Assembly (NCBI GenBank): GCA_043804925.1
Contig: JAZDIP010000104.1
Location: 63,538-127,537 of the forward strand
DNA length: 64,000 nucleotides
Direction of reading: 5' to 3'
DNA from: a bacterium
GTDB lineage: Bacteria; Bacteroidota; Ignavibacteria; Kapaibacteriales; UBA2268
Position 1 is the stretch's first letter; every line of letters starts with the position of its first letter. A program made the translations under genes and the position numbers. The notes below the pieces were generated by a model. It saw only the letters and a program-made list of their open reading frames with translations, was not told the origin of the DNA and did not search any database. Below, one piece after another: positions 26,824-36,998 of the stretch.

Positions 26824-27391
26824 TATACATCTCCATAATTTGTTTGTATTTTTTTGAGTTATTATATTTGGTATGTAGGTTTTTACCACCTTCAGCTAAA
26901 AGAATTGGTGAATTTGTGGAATTATCAATAAATAACCATGAATCAACTATCTCTTTGTAGATTAAGAAAAAATTTTTCAATCCTCTTTCATAGCGTCTTA
27001 TTAATACTTCCTTATCAATTCCATGACCGCCATTTTTAACTCTTTCCATTACACGTTTATAAGCTAAATTGTGGGAGTCAAGATACAGAAAAATCAATGT
27101 ACTTATATAGCCAGCAGAATTTATTTGTTTAATAAAATTAATAAGGTAATGTGATGATAATGTTGTTTCAACAGCAAAATCAATTTTTTTAGAAGAAAGC
27201 TCCTTTATCCTGTTTAGCATAATTTTACCTGCACTAATAGCAACTGACTCAGGTTGAAAAGGTGACAGACCCTTGGCTATTTCATCAGCATTTACAAATT
27301 CCTTACAATTTAAGTTATCCGGTAAAAAAGTATTTGAGGCAGTTGTTTTACCTGCCCCATTACATCCTGCTATTATGTACAAATTTGGCAT
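26816..27391 (-). CDS. Zeta-toxin-like / AAA-type P-loop kinase (191 aa).
   Basis: Walker A LYIIAGCNGAGKTT; FVNADEIAKGL resembles the zeta/PezT-family substrate-binding region. Confidence 0.5.
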   Translation of the reverse strand: MPNLYIIAGCNGAGKTTASNTFLPDNLNCKEFVNADEIAKGLSPFQPESVAISAGKIMLNRIKELSSKKIDFAVETTLSSHYLINFIKQINSAGYISTLIFLYLDSHNLAYKRVMERVKNGGHGIDKEVLIRRYERGLKNFFLIYKEIVDSWLFIDNSTNSPILLAEGGKNLHTKYNNSKKYKQIMEMYNG

Positions 27392-27488
27392 ATAATCCTT
27401 AATTAATTTTTCACAAAGTTAATAATGTTTATTTGATTAACAAAATACAATTAAACTATTACTGCTTTTTAACATTTGTTATAGTTAA

Positions 27489-28250
27489 TTAATCATCAAG
27501 ACTCATATCTTCAGGATAATATATCTTCTCCAAAACAAGCCCCTGCGGAGGAGCTATCGGTGATATTAATTCACGGTTCTCTTGCTCTAATGATTCCCGA
27601 ATGTCTTTAATGCTTCTTTTCCCACGTGCAACATCGAGCATTGCTCCAACCAACGAACGAACCATGCCGTAAACAAACCTGTCCGCTTTAATGTGAAGGA
27701 TATATTGATTGTCTGAAATCCGTTCCCATTCACACTTCTCCACAGTGCAAATATAGTTTTTAGTATCCGAATTCAATTTTGAAAATGTCGTGAAGTTGTG
27801 TTTCCCAAGAAATACTTTAGCAGATGCGAATAATTTTTCAATATCAAGTTTATATCTTATATAAGTTGAATAGCGGTTCAAAAAAGGAGTTTCTTTCAAA
27901 TGTATCGAATACGAATACTCCCTTGAAATAGCATCAAACCTTGCATTGAATTTTTTGTCGGTAAGAACGGCATCAGTGATTCTGATATCAAGCGGCAAAT
28001 TTCCATTAATTGCTTTTACAATTTTCTTCTGTGGTATTTTTAACTCATTTTCCAAAACAGCGTGAGCGACCATACCTCTGGCATGCACACCTGCATCAGT
28101 TCTGCCGGCACCAACCAAATTGATTTGTTCACCTGTTAGTGAAAAATATGCTTTCTGAATTTCTTCCTGAACAGTAGGGGCATTTGGCTGGATTTGCCAT
28201 CCGCCGTAGTTAGTTCCATCATACTCTATTTTCAGGATTAGTGTCTGCAA
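27489..28250 (-). CDS. truA: tRNA pseudouridine(38-40) synthase TruA.
   Basis: GAGRTDAGVHARGMVAH catalytic-Asp motif, 253 aa. Confidence 0.8.
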   Translation of the reverse strand: MQTLILKIEYDGTNYGGWQIQPNAPTVQEEIQKAYFSLTGEQINLVGAGRTDAGVHARGMVAHAVLENELKIPQKKIVKAINGNLPLDIRITDAVLTDKKFNARFDAISREYSYSIHLKETPFLNRYSTYIRYKLDIEKLFASAKVFLGKHNFTTFSKLNSDTKNYICTVEKCEWERISDNQYILHIKADRFVYGMVRSLVGAMLDVARGKRSIKDIRESLEQENRELISPIAPPQGLVLEKIYYPEDMSLDD

Positions 28251-28298
28251 TTGATATAAATGAAATATTATATTTAAATCAACATTAATTATGCCAAA

Positions 28299-28320
28299 TT
28301 ACACAGAGTTTCACAGAGAA
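28299..28320. repeat. CACAGAG word repeat (left flank of the GxxExxY gene).
   Basis: ttacacagagtttcacagagaa. The inverted counterpart lies at 28703-28738, with a second tandem copy at 28801-28843. Confidence 0.6.
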
Positions 28321-28692
28321 TTATAGAATAAATCTCCTGATACCATTTTTTAACATTGTAACATTAAAATTGATTAAAAGTCCGATCTTTTTATTTGAAA
28401 ATTTCAAATATGTAAGAATTTGAGCTTCATGCACCGGATTAAATTCATCAACAGTTTTTAGTTCAACAACAACCAGGTCTTCAATCAATAAATCAATTCG
28501 ATAACCACATTCTAATTTCTTATCTTTATATACTACAGGAACAGGTTTTTGCCTTTCGTATGATAGCCCTGCTTTCTGTAACTCATACGACAAACATTCC
28601 TCATATGCGGATTCTAATAATCCGGGACCTAAATTCCTGTGAACTTCTATTGCACGGCCAATTATTAGCTCAGTTATTTTATTTAAATCCAT
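28321..28692 (-). CDS. GxxExxY-family protein (PD-(D/E)XK nuclease-like small protein).
   Basis: ELIIGRAIEVHRNLGPGLLESAYEECL...RIDLLIEDLVVVELKTV... contains the GxxExxY motif (GLLESAY) and D...E.K nuclease-like residues. The ATG at 28692 is preferred; the ORF-track TTG at 28713 lies inside the CACAGAG repeat. Confidence 0.75.
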   Translation of the reverse strand: MDLNKITELIIGRAIEVHRNLGPGLLESAYEECLSYELQKAGLSYERQKPVPVVYKDKKLECGYRIDLLIEDLVVVELKTVDEFNPVHEAQILTYLKFSNKKIGLLINFNVTMLKNGIRRFIL

Positions 28693-28702
28693 AAAAATTC
28701 TT

Positions 28703-28843
28703 CCTCTGTGCAACTCTGTGAATTCTCAGTGCAACTACAATACTAAATTTATTAAATACTATTATAAAAAATTACAAAGCAATAGTTCTACAAATTCTTT
28801 CTCTGTGGAACTCTGTGAATTCTCAGTGCAACTCTGTGTAACT
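28703..28843. repeat. Two tandem copies (28703-28738 and 28801-28843) of CTCTGTG-word repeats, the reverse complement of the CACAGAG repeat on the other side of the GxxExxY gene.
   Basis: cctctgtgcaactctgtgaattctcagtgcaactac / ctctgtggaactctgtgaattctcagtgcaactctgtgtaact. Confidence 0.65.
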
Positions 28844-28869
28844 ATATTTTTTAAAATTTATAAAAAAAA

Positions 28870-30270
<1,401 letters not shown>

Positions 30271-30509
30271 TTATATTTATAAAAATCAAATTTTCTATAA
30301 TTTAACATATATGACTGCAAAATGCAGTCTGCATACTAGGAAATCTCAAATTTAGCTAATCTGTTAATATTAACAAAATTGCTCAACCATATTTTACTAA
30401 CATAGTGTTGTCTATAGAGATGTAGAATATTTCAAATCGAATTTCCAATCCCTTTTGAGATTGTAGAGTGGCTATTCTCAAAAATCCAAACTTAAAAATT
30501 AGCAATAAA

Positions 30510-31400
30510 TTATTTTTTATTCATAATATCGCAATTTGCTTTCCAGATTAAATTATCTCCATTTGTATTGATTTTAACAGCAGAGAAATTAATATTATGA
30601 GGGATATAATCGAATTCTCCGGTTTTCTTTTTTTTCGACGGAATCGGCAAATCAATTACAGTTGCCAAACTTATTGGAACAGGTATCGGACTTAAAATAT
30701 CCGTAAATTCAAGTTCTATTTCTTCTCTCCAAGGGATATTCCATTTCAAAAAGGCAATCGAGAATTTTGTTTTTAGCTTTAATTTTTTTGGAACCGGCTT
30801 TAATAAAATATCTCCATTTCCTGCATTCTCGATTTTAAATTCTACATTATCCTTGAGATATAAATTAACTCCGCTTGTTACAGATGCCGAAATTCCTGTG
30901 TTTTTTCCCGACAAAGATATTTCACCATCACCTTCGATTTCAATCAATGATTCAATTCTGTTATTATTCAGCTTCAAAAATTTTAATGATTTCAAATCCA
31001 CTTTAACAGTACCTTTGTCTATATCAACATAGTTGGTATATTGAATACCCAAAACATTTTTATCGTCTTTAATCAGATTTTTTGTTTTTGGAAAATCTAT
31101 AGTTATATCTTGATTTCTGTTATTTGCAACTACAGCAAGAACTCTGTTTATCATTGCCTTTTGAATTGTCAAATCTAAATTATAACCCGAAGGCAGATTG
31201 CCGGTTTTTGAATTTATATAGTTATTTACAACATCAAGCTTGATTCTGGAATCCTCAATTTTCTTATTTGACTCCTCAATTGTTGGCAGTTCAATAGTCG
31301 AACATGAAATTATTATAAAAGCAAAAATAAAAAATAGATATTTTATATATTTCAAATTATTAGTAATTAGTAATTGGCAATTAGTAATTAATGAACTCAT
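30510..31400 (-). CDS. Hypothetical lipoprotein (296 aa). Its N-terminus is encoded by a TTAGTAA word repeat.
   Basis: Lipobox IISCST. ATGA overlap with the upstream gene. The first codons (MSSLITNCQLLITNN) are read from (attacta)n. An alternative TTG start (MKYIKYLFF..) lies at about 31355. Confidence 0.5.
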   Translation of the reverse strand: MSSLITNCQLLITNNLKYIKYLFFIFAFIIISCSTIELPTIEESNKKIEDSRIKLDVVNNYINSKTGNLPSGYNLDLTIQKAMINRVLAVVANNRNQDITIDFPKTKNLIKDDKNVLGIQYTNYVDIDKGTVKVDLKSLKFLKLNNNRIESLIEIEGDGEISLSGKNTGISASVTSGVNLYLKDNVEFKIENAGNGDILLKPVPKKLKLKTKFSIAFLKWNIPWREEIELEFTDILSPIPVPISLATVIDLPIPSKKKKTGEFDYIPHNINFSAVKINTNGDNLIWKANCDIMNKK

Positions 31401-32152
31401 GATTTCACCTCAATTTTATCAAGATTCAAACCAATTAGAATTTTCTCATTAAAAAACAATATGTCATTAATTTTCAATATAAATTTCACATTTCTATCTG
31501 GATTGATTATCGTAAGATTAATATTAGATTTAACATCTGTTTTACTCCCCGCTATTTGAATTTCATTTTCAATATTTAGAGGAATTTTTAAAGGAGGTAA
31601 GCTCTTGTTCAAATTTGCCAGATTTAATTTTATAAGTTTTTTGATTAATTCTTCTGCCGATGAATAAATCCCTCTCGTTGTAAGTATCGGGGAAATATTA
31701 AAAGGTTCTACTTTTAACAGCAAATCCTTTCCTTTAGTTTCAATCATTATTAAACAGTCAAGCAATAGGTTAACATCTATATTATGAGTTTCATTATGTG
31801 CCAAAAGTTCAAATGAAGCAATTGCCGAGCCATTGACAAGTTTTGCTTCAACGCCTTTAATCACATAATCCGTGGCATCGTCAAGCATTCCCGTAGCAGA
31901 TTCATAATTATCAAGAAGATTATTCATAAACTTCTCATCAAGAACGACTGTTAAGTCATAGTCGCTTATCCCTGAACCTGCTTCAAGTCTTTTTTCTAAT
32001 GCCTGTGCCGATTTCAACTGTAATTCCAATATCTTTGCTTGCCGAGCTTTTTCAAATTGTCCATTATCAAAACCAACACCTGCTATATGCTCGACGATTC
32101 CGCAAGCAGACAACAATGTAACTGATAATAACAAAATTAATAATTTTCTCAT
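31397..32152 (-). CDS. Hypothetical lipoprotein (251 aa).
   Basis: Lipobox LLSACG. 4-bp overlaps with both neighbouring genes. Confidence 0.55.
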   Translation of the reverse strand: MRKLLILLLSVTLLSACGIVEHIAGVGFDNGQFEKARQAKILELQLKSAQALEKRLEAGSGISDYDLTVVLDEKFMNNLLDNYESATGMLDDATDYVIKGVEAKLVNGSAIASFELLAHNETHNIDVNLLLDCLIMIETKGKDLLLKVEPFNISPILTTRGIYSSAEELIKKLIKLNLANLNKSLPPLKIPLNIENEIQIAGSKTDVKSNINLTIINPDRNVKFILKINDILFFNEKILIGLNLDKIEVKS

Positions 32153-32784
32153 TTCAATATCTCACCTGTTTCATAACTCCAAAATAATAAATCCAATTCA
32201 TCTATTGGTATTCCTGTCGATTTAGCAAATTCCTGAAATTTCTTTTCAACTTCAAAGTATTGTTTTGCAGAACTCACTTTCGGAATTTCTTTATAAACCT
32301 TGCAAATTACAAGATGCTTCAAAATGTGCCTGTCCAAAATTGCTAAATCTCTGTATCCGATATTCCTCAAAAAATGAGATGCTTCTTTATAACCGAAACC
32401 ATCCACCGTATCTTTAATTTTATTCCGTTTATCGAATGCCTGTAAATCCGAATTTATTGTCTCAATAACTTTTGGATAATTTTCAACTAATTTAACAAGT
32501 CTAATTGCTTTTTGATTATGAAATCTGACATAATGCTCCTTATCTTCTAATATCTTAACCGGATTAAACGGCTTATTAAAAAAATCAGCTTTCTTCAACT
32601 TTTCAATAACCTGAAAAGCATTCTTTGCTCTCGATTGAGGAGTGCATATACAAAACGCTAACTCATAGAAATACTCGGATTCCGAAACCAAAGAAAATTC
32701 CCTCAGTCTTTTCCTAATCGGTTTTTCCAATTCTTTGTATTTTTCTGATATATACTTCGGTAACTTATTCTTTATATTAATCAA
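32149..32784 (-). CDS. Ogg2-type N-glycosylase/DNA lyase (8-oxoguanine DNA glycosylase, archaeal/Thermotoga type).
   Basis: ELAFCICTPQSRA...GFGYKEASHFLRNIGYRDLAILDRHI...LDLLFW matches the Ogg2 HhH-GPD signature, including the catalytic Lys (YKEAS) and Asp (ILDRH). Confidence 0.7.
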   Translation of the reverse strand: MINIKNKLPKYISEKYKELEKPIRKRLREFSLVSESEYFYELAFCICTPQSRAKNAFQVIEKLKKADFFNKPFNPVKILEDKEHYVRFHNQKAIRLVKLVENYPKVIETINSDLQAFDKRNKIKDTVDGFGYKEASHFLRNIGYRDLAILDRHILKHLVICKVYKEIPKVSSAKQYFEVEKKFQEFAKSTGIPIDELDLLFWSYETGEILK

Positions 32785-32818
32785 AGTAATCTTGAAATCC
32801 GTATTTAGTAATCAGTAA

Positions 32819-34021
32819 TTATTTGCAACACCCAACTTCTTTCATGCACTTTTTGATTCTTTCCAAAGTTCTTTCAATATCATCATCCAATCCCATCGAA
32901 AAACGAATCAATCCGGGAGTCATTCCCATTTCCTTTTGCTCTTCTTCGGGTATTTCAGACGAAGTGCTTCTCCCCGGTGAACTGAACAATGTTTTGTAGT
33001 AACCCAAGCTGACAGCAAAGTATCCTACTTTTTCTTCCTGCATTTTAACTAAAAGATTATTTGCATTTTCAGTAGTCTCTGCATCAATTGTAATCATACC
33101 GCTGTAACCAAAATTCTGATTAAATAATTTTGATGCAAACTCGTATTGTGGATGGCTCGCCAATCCCGGATATATTACCTTTATTCCCATCTTCTCAAGA
33201 TTAGTTGCAATAAACAAAGCATTTTTACTATGCTGTCTCATCCTGATATGTAATGTCCTTAAATTCTTCAAAATACTCGAAGACCTAATGCTGTCAAGGA
33301 CCGGACCAATCAACATTGCAGCCCCGTCATTCACGCTTTTCATTGAACTTATAAATTCATGAGGTCCGCAAACACATCCTCCCAATGCATCACTTGCTCC
33401 GTTGATAAACTTTGTTAAGCTATGAACGACTATATGAGCACCTAATTTATATGGATTGATACAATAAGGTGTAAATGTATTATCAACAATCAATTTTAAG
33501 TTATATTTATCTGCTAATTTCCTCAACTCTGCCAAATCAGGCAGTTCAAGCATCGGATTACTCAAAGATTCACAATATATTACCTTTGTTTTCTTATTGA
33601 TTTTTTCCTCGACTGCATTCAAATCCAGTATATTCACAAAATGAGTATTAATACCTATGCGTGGAAAGAAATTCTTTAAAAGAGCATAAGTCCCTCCGTA
33701 AGTTACGCGGTGAGATATTATTTCATCACCCATTTTACATAATTGCAATAGTGTCGTACTTATCGCTCCCATTCCCGAACCTGTTACCAAAGCATCTTCA
33801 GTACCTTCCAACAAAGCCAGAGCTTTTGAAAGATTTTCATTTGCCGGGTTCAGGTGCCGTGAATAAAGAAAACATCCCTGCATCTCCTCCTGAAACAGTT
33901 TTTCCATTGTTGCCGGGTGCATAAATGTAAAAGTTGATGAATCAGTTATTGATGGATTAATACCTCCATATTCACCAAAAACCTGAAAATCCTGAAAAGC
34001 ATTTGCATAATCACTTGACAT
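32819..34021 (-). CDS. Cys/Met-metabolism PLP-dependent enzyme (methionine gamma-lyase / O-acetylhomoserine sulfhydrylase family).
   Basis: SLTKFINGASD PLP-lysine motif; NPANENL...GSGMGAI family pattern. The ATG at 34021 with a GAGGA RBS is preferred over the ORF-track TTG at 34069. Confidence 0.7.
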   Translation of the reverse strand: MSSDYANAFQDFQVFGEYGGINPSITDSSTFTFMHPATMEKLFQEEMQGCFLYSRHLNPANENLSKALALLEGTEDALVTGSGMGAISTTLLQLCKMGDEIISHRVTYGGTYALLKNFFPRIGINTHFVNILDLNAVEEKINKKTKVIYCESLSNPMLELPDLAELRKLADKYNLKLIVDNTFTPYCINPYKLGAHIVVHSLTKFINGASDALGGCVCGPHEFISSMKSVNDGAAMLIGPVLDSIRSSSILKNLRTLHIRMRQHSKNALFIATNLEKMGIKVIYPGLASHPQYEFASKLFNQNFGYSGMITIDAETTENANNLLVKMQEEKVGYFAVSLGYYKTLFSSPGRSTSSEIPEEEQKEMGMTPGLIRFSMGLDDDIERTLERIKKCMKEVGCCK

Positions 34022-34230
34022 TTTATTTTCCTCAATAATAAATTTAAAATTACAAGAACAAATATGCAAAAAAATGCTAAGTCAAACAAGAAGGTTTTTA
34101 ATTATTACAAAATAAATAATAAATTTAATAAATATGCCCGTTTTTATTTACTTCAATTTTAGTAAATTAGTAAATATTCTCTTTTGATTAATTTAAATTT
34201 AATGATAAGGTGCTGAAAGAAAGTATTCAA

Positions 34231-36873
34231 ATGAAAAATATTATTTTAATTCTTATACAATTTATTTTCTCTTATGTTTCCTTGACATCAGAGGAAAATA
34301 TCAGTACGGATAATTCTGAAAAAAGTATTCAGAATATTATGCTCCAACTTATTACTTTAGATAATAAAGCCGACAGTTTAAAGCAGTATATTGATAAGTT
34401 TTTCATTCCGATGGATTCTTTAATATACAATCCTATTCCTAAAGCACAAAGGAAAGTAATAAAAGACCTTTGGGCACAGTTCAATGACTTATATTTTTCA
34501 GTCGAAAACATAAACAATAACTGCCAAATTAAACTAAAATCAAAACAGTATAAGAAAATCAGGGAAATCCTGATATTTTATTCTTATGCCATCAGCTATG
34601 ATATTGGACTTTTCATTATCGAAAGAACCCTGAACAAACCACACTATGAGATATTGCTCGATGAATCACAACCGGAATACTCTATTCCCTCAGGTCGTTA
34701 TGCAGACTTGAAATTTCAGGTTCTCCATTCAAATTATTTAATCGGATTTACAAAAAATTGCACTAAAACTATCAAAGACATTGACAAATTAAAAAGTAAC
34801 GACTCTTTATTTCAAAAAATTAAAGCCAGTCTCGAAAGAAAATTTCCTTATATAAGTAAAATGAGACATTCTCTCGGGAAAATATATTTTCTTAGGAATT
34901 TTGCAGATTTCATGACCGATTTTCAGCAAAGATTATTAATGCCATTGCAAAAAGTTGTCCTCGACTTCTTCGGTGACACACGATTAACATCAAGGCACAC
35001 AGGAATAATCAACAATAGTCAGTGCGACACATTAAAGACCATACTGCAGCCCGGTGATTTATTATTCGAAAGAAAGGAATGGTATCTTTCCAATATTGGC
35101 ATCCCTGGTTTTTGGCCCCATTCAGCTTTATATATTGGCAATTATTTACAATTGGAAAAATGGTCTGATGACCCGGGTATTGAGGAATACTACAGGACAT
35201 TCAATCCGGAATTCAGTGATTTTCCGTTTTATTTAAAAAATAAATATCCAGCTGTTTGGGAGAAATATATTGAACCTGATAGCACCGGAGAGTTAAATTG
35301 TATCATGGAAGCAATTGGAGAAGGAGTTGTTTTACACAACATATATGAATCTATCGGTGCTTCTGATTATATTGCAGCATTAAGACCTAAACTTAGCAAA
35401 AAAGACATCGCACAGGCAATTGAGCAGGCATTTCAGTATCACGGAAGAGATTATGATTTTAATTTTGATTTTTTTTCAGACAATGAACTTGTTTGCTCCG
35501 AACTTGTCTTCAAAGCTTACGAGAAAGATAAAAATAAAGACGGTCTGGATTTTGACCTCGCTTATGTCATGGGAAAACTTACTCTTGCTCCAAATTCAAT
35601 GATAGCTCAGTATTGCAAAGATACATCTTCTTCAAAACTGTCATTTGTTACATTCTATGATGCTGATGAAGAAAAAGGTATTGCTTTCCCAAGTAATTTT
35701 GATGAATTTAAATACTCATATTTTAGACCCAGATGGGGATATGCCCCTGTAACTTTTAAAGAAGATATTGAAGAAGGCGATATTGAACTGACTTATAATC
35801 AAGACAGAAAAACAAAATACTATTATATGCCTGTCAATGTTTCACTGACTTTAAGCAATAGTTTAGGAATTATGTTCAGTGATGGTAAGGAAATAATCAA
35901 TTATCTATCACTTAATATTTTTTCCGGCAAAGCCGCTAAGCTCAGAGGATTTGAGTTAGGGACAATATGGAACTACAATTCTGAATATATGAATGGAGTT
36001 CAGATTTGCGGAATAATGAATACAGTCATTGAAGATTCTTACGGTGTCCAGATTGCCGGTTTGCTGAATGTAAATGCTTCGGAATTTTATGGTTTTCAGT
36101 TATCCGGTCTGGCTAACTTCACAGGAAGTATTGTCGGTGTACAGGCATCATTACTTACTAACTCCTGCGAAAAATTATATGGTTTCCAAATAGCTCCTCT
36201 GCTGAATACAGCCCTCGATAAATCGAATGGAGTACAATTAGGATTAATGAACATATCAAAAAATATGAGAAATTCTCAATTCGGTTTTATCAATACTGCT
36301 GGAGAAATGCAGGGAGTTCAAATTGGATTTGCAAATGGTTCTTTAAATGTCAAGCAGGGAGTTCAGCTTGGTCTATTCAATATAACAAAAGAAAACCATG
36401 CTGTCCCAATTGCTTTGTTCTCATATGTTGATGATGTTCCCGTCCAATACCGGCTTTGGTTTGATGAAATTCCTTCTGTGAATATCGGAGTTGTCTCAGG
36501 AAACAAGTTAATTACTAACAGATTATTTTTCAGTGAATTCATGAATTCTTCCGAAAGTCATGCCATCGGTTGGGGAGCCGGATTGGTTGCTGGGGACTGG
36601 GAATTTGGGACTGTTGACTTGGGATTTAACATAAGACATCTTTTCAGGTCGGGTGATAAATTTTTACAATTAAATGATATTTTCCAGTTAAGTGTTACAA
36701 CAAAAATTAATCTTTGGAACAAATTTGCTTTGTTGATAGGACCAACATTTAATTATTATTATTCCGAAAAATATGATTTCGTAGATGTCAAATATTTTGA
36801 GTTGAACACAGGAAGACATAGTGACAACATTTTTAAATCCTGGATTGGTCTAAATTTGGGCTTTAGTTACTAA
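34231..36873 (+). CDS. Large secreted protein: N-terminal helical region, a YiiX/YaeF-like permuted-papain (DUF830-type) amidase domain, and a C-terminal array of ~20-aa GVQ[IL]GxxN repeats.
   Basis: Signal peptide MKNIILILIQFIFS. GDLLFERKEWYLSNIGIPGFWPHSALYIGN ... YDFNFDFFSDNELVCSELVFKAY (the permuted papain Cys in CSELV). Nine or more repeats such as GVQICGIMN, GVQIAGLLN, GFQLSGLAN, GVQLGLMN, GVQIGFAN, GVQLGLFN. Confidence 0.6.
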   Translation: MKNIILILIQFIFSYVSLTSEENISTDNSEKSIQNIMLQLITLDNKADSLKQYIDKFFIPMDSLIYNPIPKAQRKVIKDLWAQFNDLYFSVENINNNCQIKLKSKQYKKIREILIFYSYAISYDIGLFIIERTLNKPHYEILLDESQPEYSIPSGRYADLKFQVLHSNYLIGFTKNCTKTIKDIDKLKSNDSLFQKIKASLERKFPYISKMRHSLGKIYFLRNFADFMTDFQQRLLMPLQKVVLDFFGDTRLTSRHTGIINNSQCDTLKTILQPGDLLFERKEWYLSNIGIPGFWPHSALYIGNYLQLEKWSDDPGIEEYYRTFNPEFSDFPFYLKNKYPAVWEKYIEPDSTGELNCIMEAIGEGVVLHNIYESIGASDYIAALRPKLSKKDIAQAIEQAFQYHGRDYDFNFDFFSDNELVCSELVFKAYEKDKNKDGLDFDLAYVMGKLTLAPNSMIAQYCKDTSSSKLSFVTFYDADEEKGIAFPSNFDEFKYSYFRPRWGYAPVTFKEDIEEGDIELTYNQDRKTKYYYMPVNVSLTLSNSLGIMFSDGKEIINYLSLNIFSGKAAKLRGFELGTIWNYNSEYMNGVQICGIMNTVIEDSYGVQIAGLLNVNASEFYGFQLSGLANFTGSIVGVQASLLTNSCEKLYGFQIAPLLNTALDKSNGVQLGLMNISKNMRNSQFGFINTAGEMQGVQIGFANGSLNVKQGVQLGLFNITKENHAVPIALFSYVDDVPVQYRLWFDEIPSVNIGVVSGNKLITNRLFFSEFMNSSESHAIGWGAGLVAGDWEFGTVDLGFNIRHLFRSGDKFLQLNDIFQLSVTTKINLWNKFALLIGPTFNYYYSEKYDFVDVKYFELNTGRHSDNIFKSWIGLNLGFSY

Positions 36874-36877
36874 TGTA

Positions 36878-36960
36878 GAGACAGGTTACAAACCTGTCTC
36901 GAAAATATTAATAGTTTACGTTACAAACGTAAAATAGTTTACGCTATAAACGTAAAGTTT
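36878..36960. repeat. Three consecutive hairpins: a perfect 10-bp palindrome, then two tttacg-loop-cgtaaa hairpins.
   Basis: gagacaggtt-aca-aacctgtctc, agtttacgttacaaacgtaaa and agtttacgctataaacgtaaag. No T-run follows. Confidence 0.55.
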
Positions 36961-36998
36961 GTTATATTTGTATATTATTAAAATTCAAATGTATAGAA

